Shown piece by piece: positions 62,047-64,000 of a stretch of DNA of 64,000 nt; within the stretch, counting starts at the first letter, position 1; each line of letters opens with the position of its first letter. The notes under the pieces were generated by a model. The model searched no databases, was not told the origin of the DNA, and saw nothing but the letters and a program-made list of their open reading frames with translations. This stretch comes from Spirochaetia bacterium (lineage in GTDB: Bacteria; Spirochaetota; Spirochaetia; SP-2023). The stretch lies in NCBI GenBank assembly GCA_965225855.1, contig CBDDCK010000005.1:768001-832000 (forward strand). Direction: 5' to 3'. A program made the position numbers and the translations under genes.

Positions 62047-64000
62047 ATGTTCCAGGATTTGGATCCAGAAGAAACAGAGGAATGGCTTGATGCTTTTGCC
62101 GCTGTCATCAAAAATGAAGGTGAGGAAAAGGCGGAATTTTTAATTGATATACTGCAGCACCGTTTAGGTGGTATTTCTCACCGGCTTTCTACGCCCTATA
62201 TCAATACGATTGCGCCCGAGCGCAGCGAGCAAATGCCAGAAAATAGGTTGATTGCGCACAATGTAGCAGCCTATGTGCGGTGGAACGCTATGGCTATGGT
62301 TGTGCGGGCCAATAAAAAAATTGACGGTATCGGTGGGCATATTGCCTCCTACACTTCTTCGTCCTTCCTTTATGAAATTGGTTTTGACTATTTTTTTCGT
62401 GGCCCTAATGCCGAAAATGGTGAAGATTTAATTTTTTTTCAGGGGCATAGTTCTCCCGGTATTTATGCTCGCGCTTTTATTGAAGGGCGGCTTTCCGAAA
62501 AGCAATTGGAAAACTTCCGCCAAGAAGTAGGTGGTAATGGTTTATCTTCTTATCCACACCCACGTTTGATGCCAAATTTTTGGCAGTTTCCCACGGTTTC
62601 TATGGGTTTGGGCCCGATTATGGCCATCTATCAAGCTCGCTTTATGAAGTACATGGAGAATCGTGGTTTCTTAAATGTTGGCAAACGGAAAGTTTGGGCC
62701 TTTTTAGGTGATGGCGAAACTGATGAGCCAGAGACGCTGGGTTCTATTGGCATTGCTGCCCGCGAAAAATTGGATAACTTAATTTTTGTATTGAATTGTA
62801 ATTTGCAGCGTTTAGATGGCCCTGTTCGCAGTGCCGGCAAAATTGTTCAAGAAATGGAAGGCTATTTTCGCGGTGCAGGCTGGAATGTAATTAAAGTGCT
62901 TTGGGGTTCTGAATGGGATGAGCTGTTTGCCAAAGATGAGAGTGGCTATTTGATGAAGCATTTGGAAGCTATTGTCGATGGTGATTTCCAACGATTAAAT
63001 GCCAATTACAAAGATGGATCCTACATTCGCGAACATTTGTTTAATACGCCAGAATTGCGTAAATTGATTGAAGGCTGGAGTGATGAGAAAATTGCAACAC
63101 TTTCGCGCGGTGGGCACGACCCACGCAAAGTCTATGCGGCAATGCACGAGGCTGTGAGGCATAAAGGCCAACCCACTATTTTGTTAGTACAGACTATCAA
63201 AGGCTTGGGTATGGGTGAAGCTGGGGAGGCTGCCAATGATACCCACAGTCAAAAGAAAATGAATCGGGAATCCTTGATCGCTTTTCGCGATCGCTTCCAT
63301 GTGCCTTTAAAAGATGATGAGCTGGAAGCGCTGCCATTTATTAAACCGCAACCCGGAAGTCCGGAAGCGGAGTTTCTCAAGCAGACTCGCAGTAATTTAG
63401 GTGGCTCTATTCCCGTGCGGCAATTTAGCCCCAATCCTTTAGATGTACCAGAGCTTAGCGAATTCCAAGCTGTGTTAGCCAGTAGTGGTGAGCGCAAAAT
63501 ATCGACCACTATGGGTTTTGTGCGCATTTTGAGTATTTTGCTGCGAAATAAAGCCATTGCTGATCGTATTGTGCCCATTGTGCCAGACGAAGCTCGTACC
63601 TTTGGTATGGAAGGTTTATTCAAGCAGTTGGGGATTTACAACCCTGAGGGTCAAGTTTATACCCCAGTAGACAAGTTTACTCTCATGTGGTACCGAGAGG
63701 ATATTAAGGGCCAATTGTTGCAGGAAGGCATTAACGAAGCGGGTGGCTTTAGTTCTTGGCTTGCTGCGGGGACTTCTTATGCCAATCACAATATTCCAAT
63801 GATTCCGTTTTTTGCTTATTACTCGATGTTTGGTTTTCAGCGTGTTGGAGACTTGGCTTGGGCAGCCGGCGATTTGCTGGCCAAAGGCTTTTTAATCGGT
63901 GCAACTGCTGGCCGAACGACGCTAAACGGGGAAGGATTACAGCATCAAGATGGTCACCATTTGCTCATTGCTGCGACTTTGCCCAGTTGCCAAGCCTATG
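62047..64000 (+). CDS. aceE: Pyruvate dehydrogenase E1, homodimeric type (runs off the window)
   Basis: TAAGGAG RBS; MFQDLDPEETEEWL, GGHIAS, QGHSSPG.YAR, FPTVSMGLG, GDGE, GLQHQDGH. Confidence 0.95.
   Translation, partial: MFQDLDPEETEEWLDAFAAVIKNEGEEKAEFLIDILQHRLGGISHRLSTPYINTIAPERSEQMPENRLIAHNVAAYVRWNAMAMVVRANKKIDGIGGHIASYTSSSFLYEIGFDYFFRGPNAENGEDLIFFQGHSSPGIYARAFIEGRLSEKQLENFRQEVGGNGLSSYPHPRLMPNFWQFPTVSMGLGPIMAIYQARFMKYMENRGFLNVGKRKVWAFLGDGETDEPETLGSIGIAAREKLDNLIFVLNCNLQRLDGPVRSAGKIVQEMEGYFRGAGWNVIKVLWGSEWDELFAKDESGYLMKHLEAIVDGDFQRLNANYKDGSYIREHLFNTPELRKLIEGWSDEKIATLSRGGHDPRKVYAAMHEAVRHKGQPTILLVQTIKGLGMGEAGEAANDTHSQKKMNRESLIAFRDRFHVPLKDDELEALPFIKPQPGSPEAEFLKQTRSNLGGSIPVRQFSPNPLDVPELSEFQAVLASSGERKISTTMGFVRILSILLRNKAIADRIVPIVPDEARTFGMEGLFKQLGIYNPEGQVYTPVDKFTLMWYREDIKGQLLQEGINEAGGFSSWLAAGTSYANHNIPMIPFFAYYSMFGFQRVGDLAWAAGDLLAKGFLIGATAGRTTLNGEGLQHQDGHHLLIAATLPSCQAY

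Overview
Bacterial chromosome segment, most likely from a spirochaete (inferred from an FlcA-like flagellar collar gene, a divergent FliG-like gene and flgF/flgG). Positions 1-18.6 kb form an accessory defence/methylation island. It is built from five tandem copies of one cassette: a 22-bp tandem-repeat leader with promoter, then a type III Mod-like methyltransferase, with a translationally coupled TPR gene where res would normally sit in four of the five copies. Three mod genes are intact and have different central target-recognition regions; two are remnants. Cargo includes a DUF2971-like gene, a TIR plus membrane-protein pair, a GmrSD-like gene and a type II-like MTase next to a truncated ORF. 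From 18.8 kb onward the window is mostly housekeeping: aldose epimerase, bolA-grxD, ABC exporter pair, flagellar genes, lnt, murJ, purine salvage genes (partly decayed), tRNA-Pro, rlmE, a FASII cluster, ligA with a large insertion, plsC, lipA and aceE (runs off the end). Between lnt and murJ lies a 3483-bp transposase-less element (32480-35962) with TG...CA ends, paired 13-bp sites at each end and a 6-bp target duplication. It carries a repeat-rich lipoprotein gene whose putative promoter has a C9 tract in the spacer. All family assignments come from motif recognition by eye; no searches were run.
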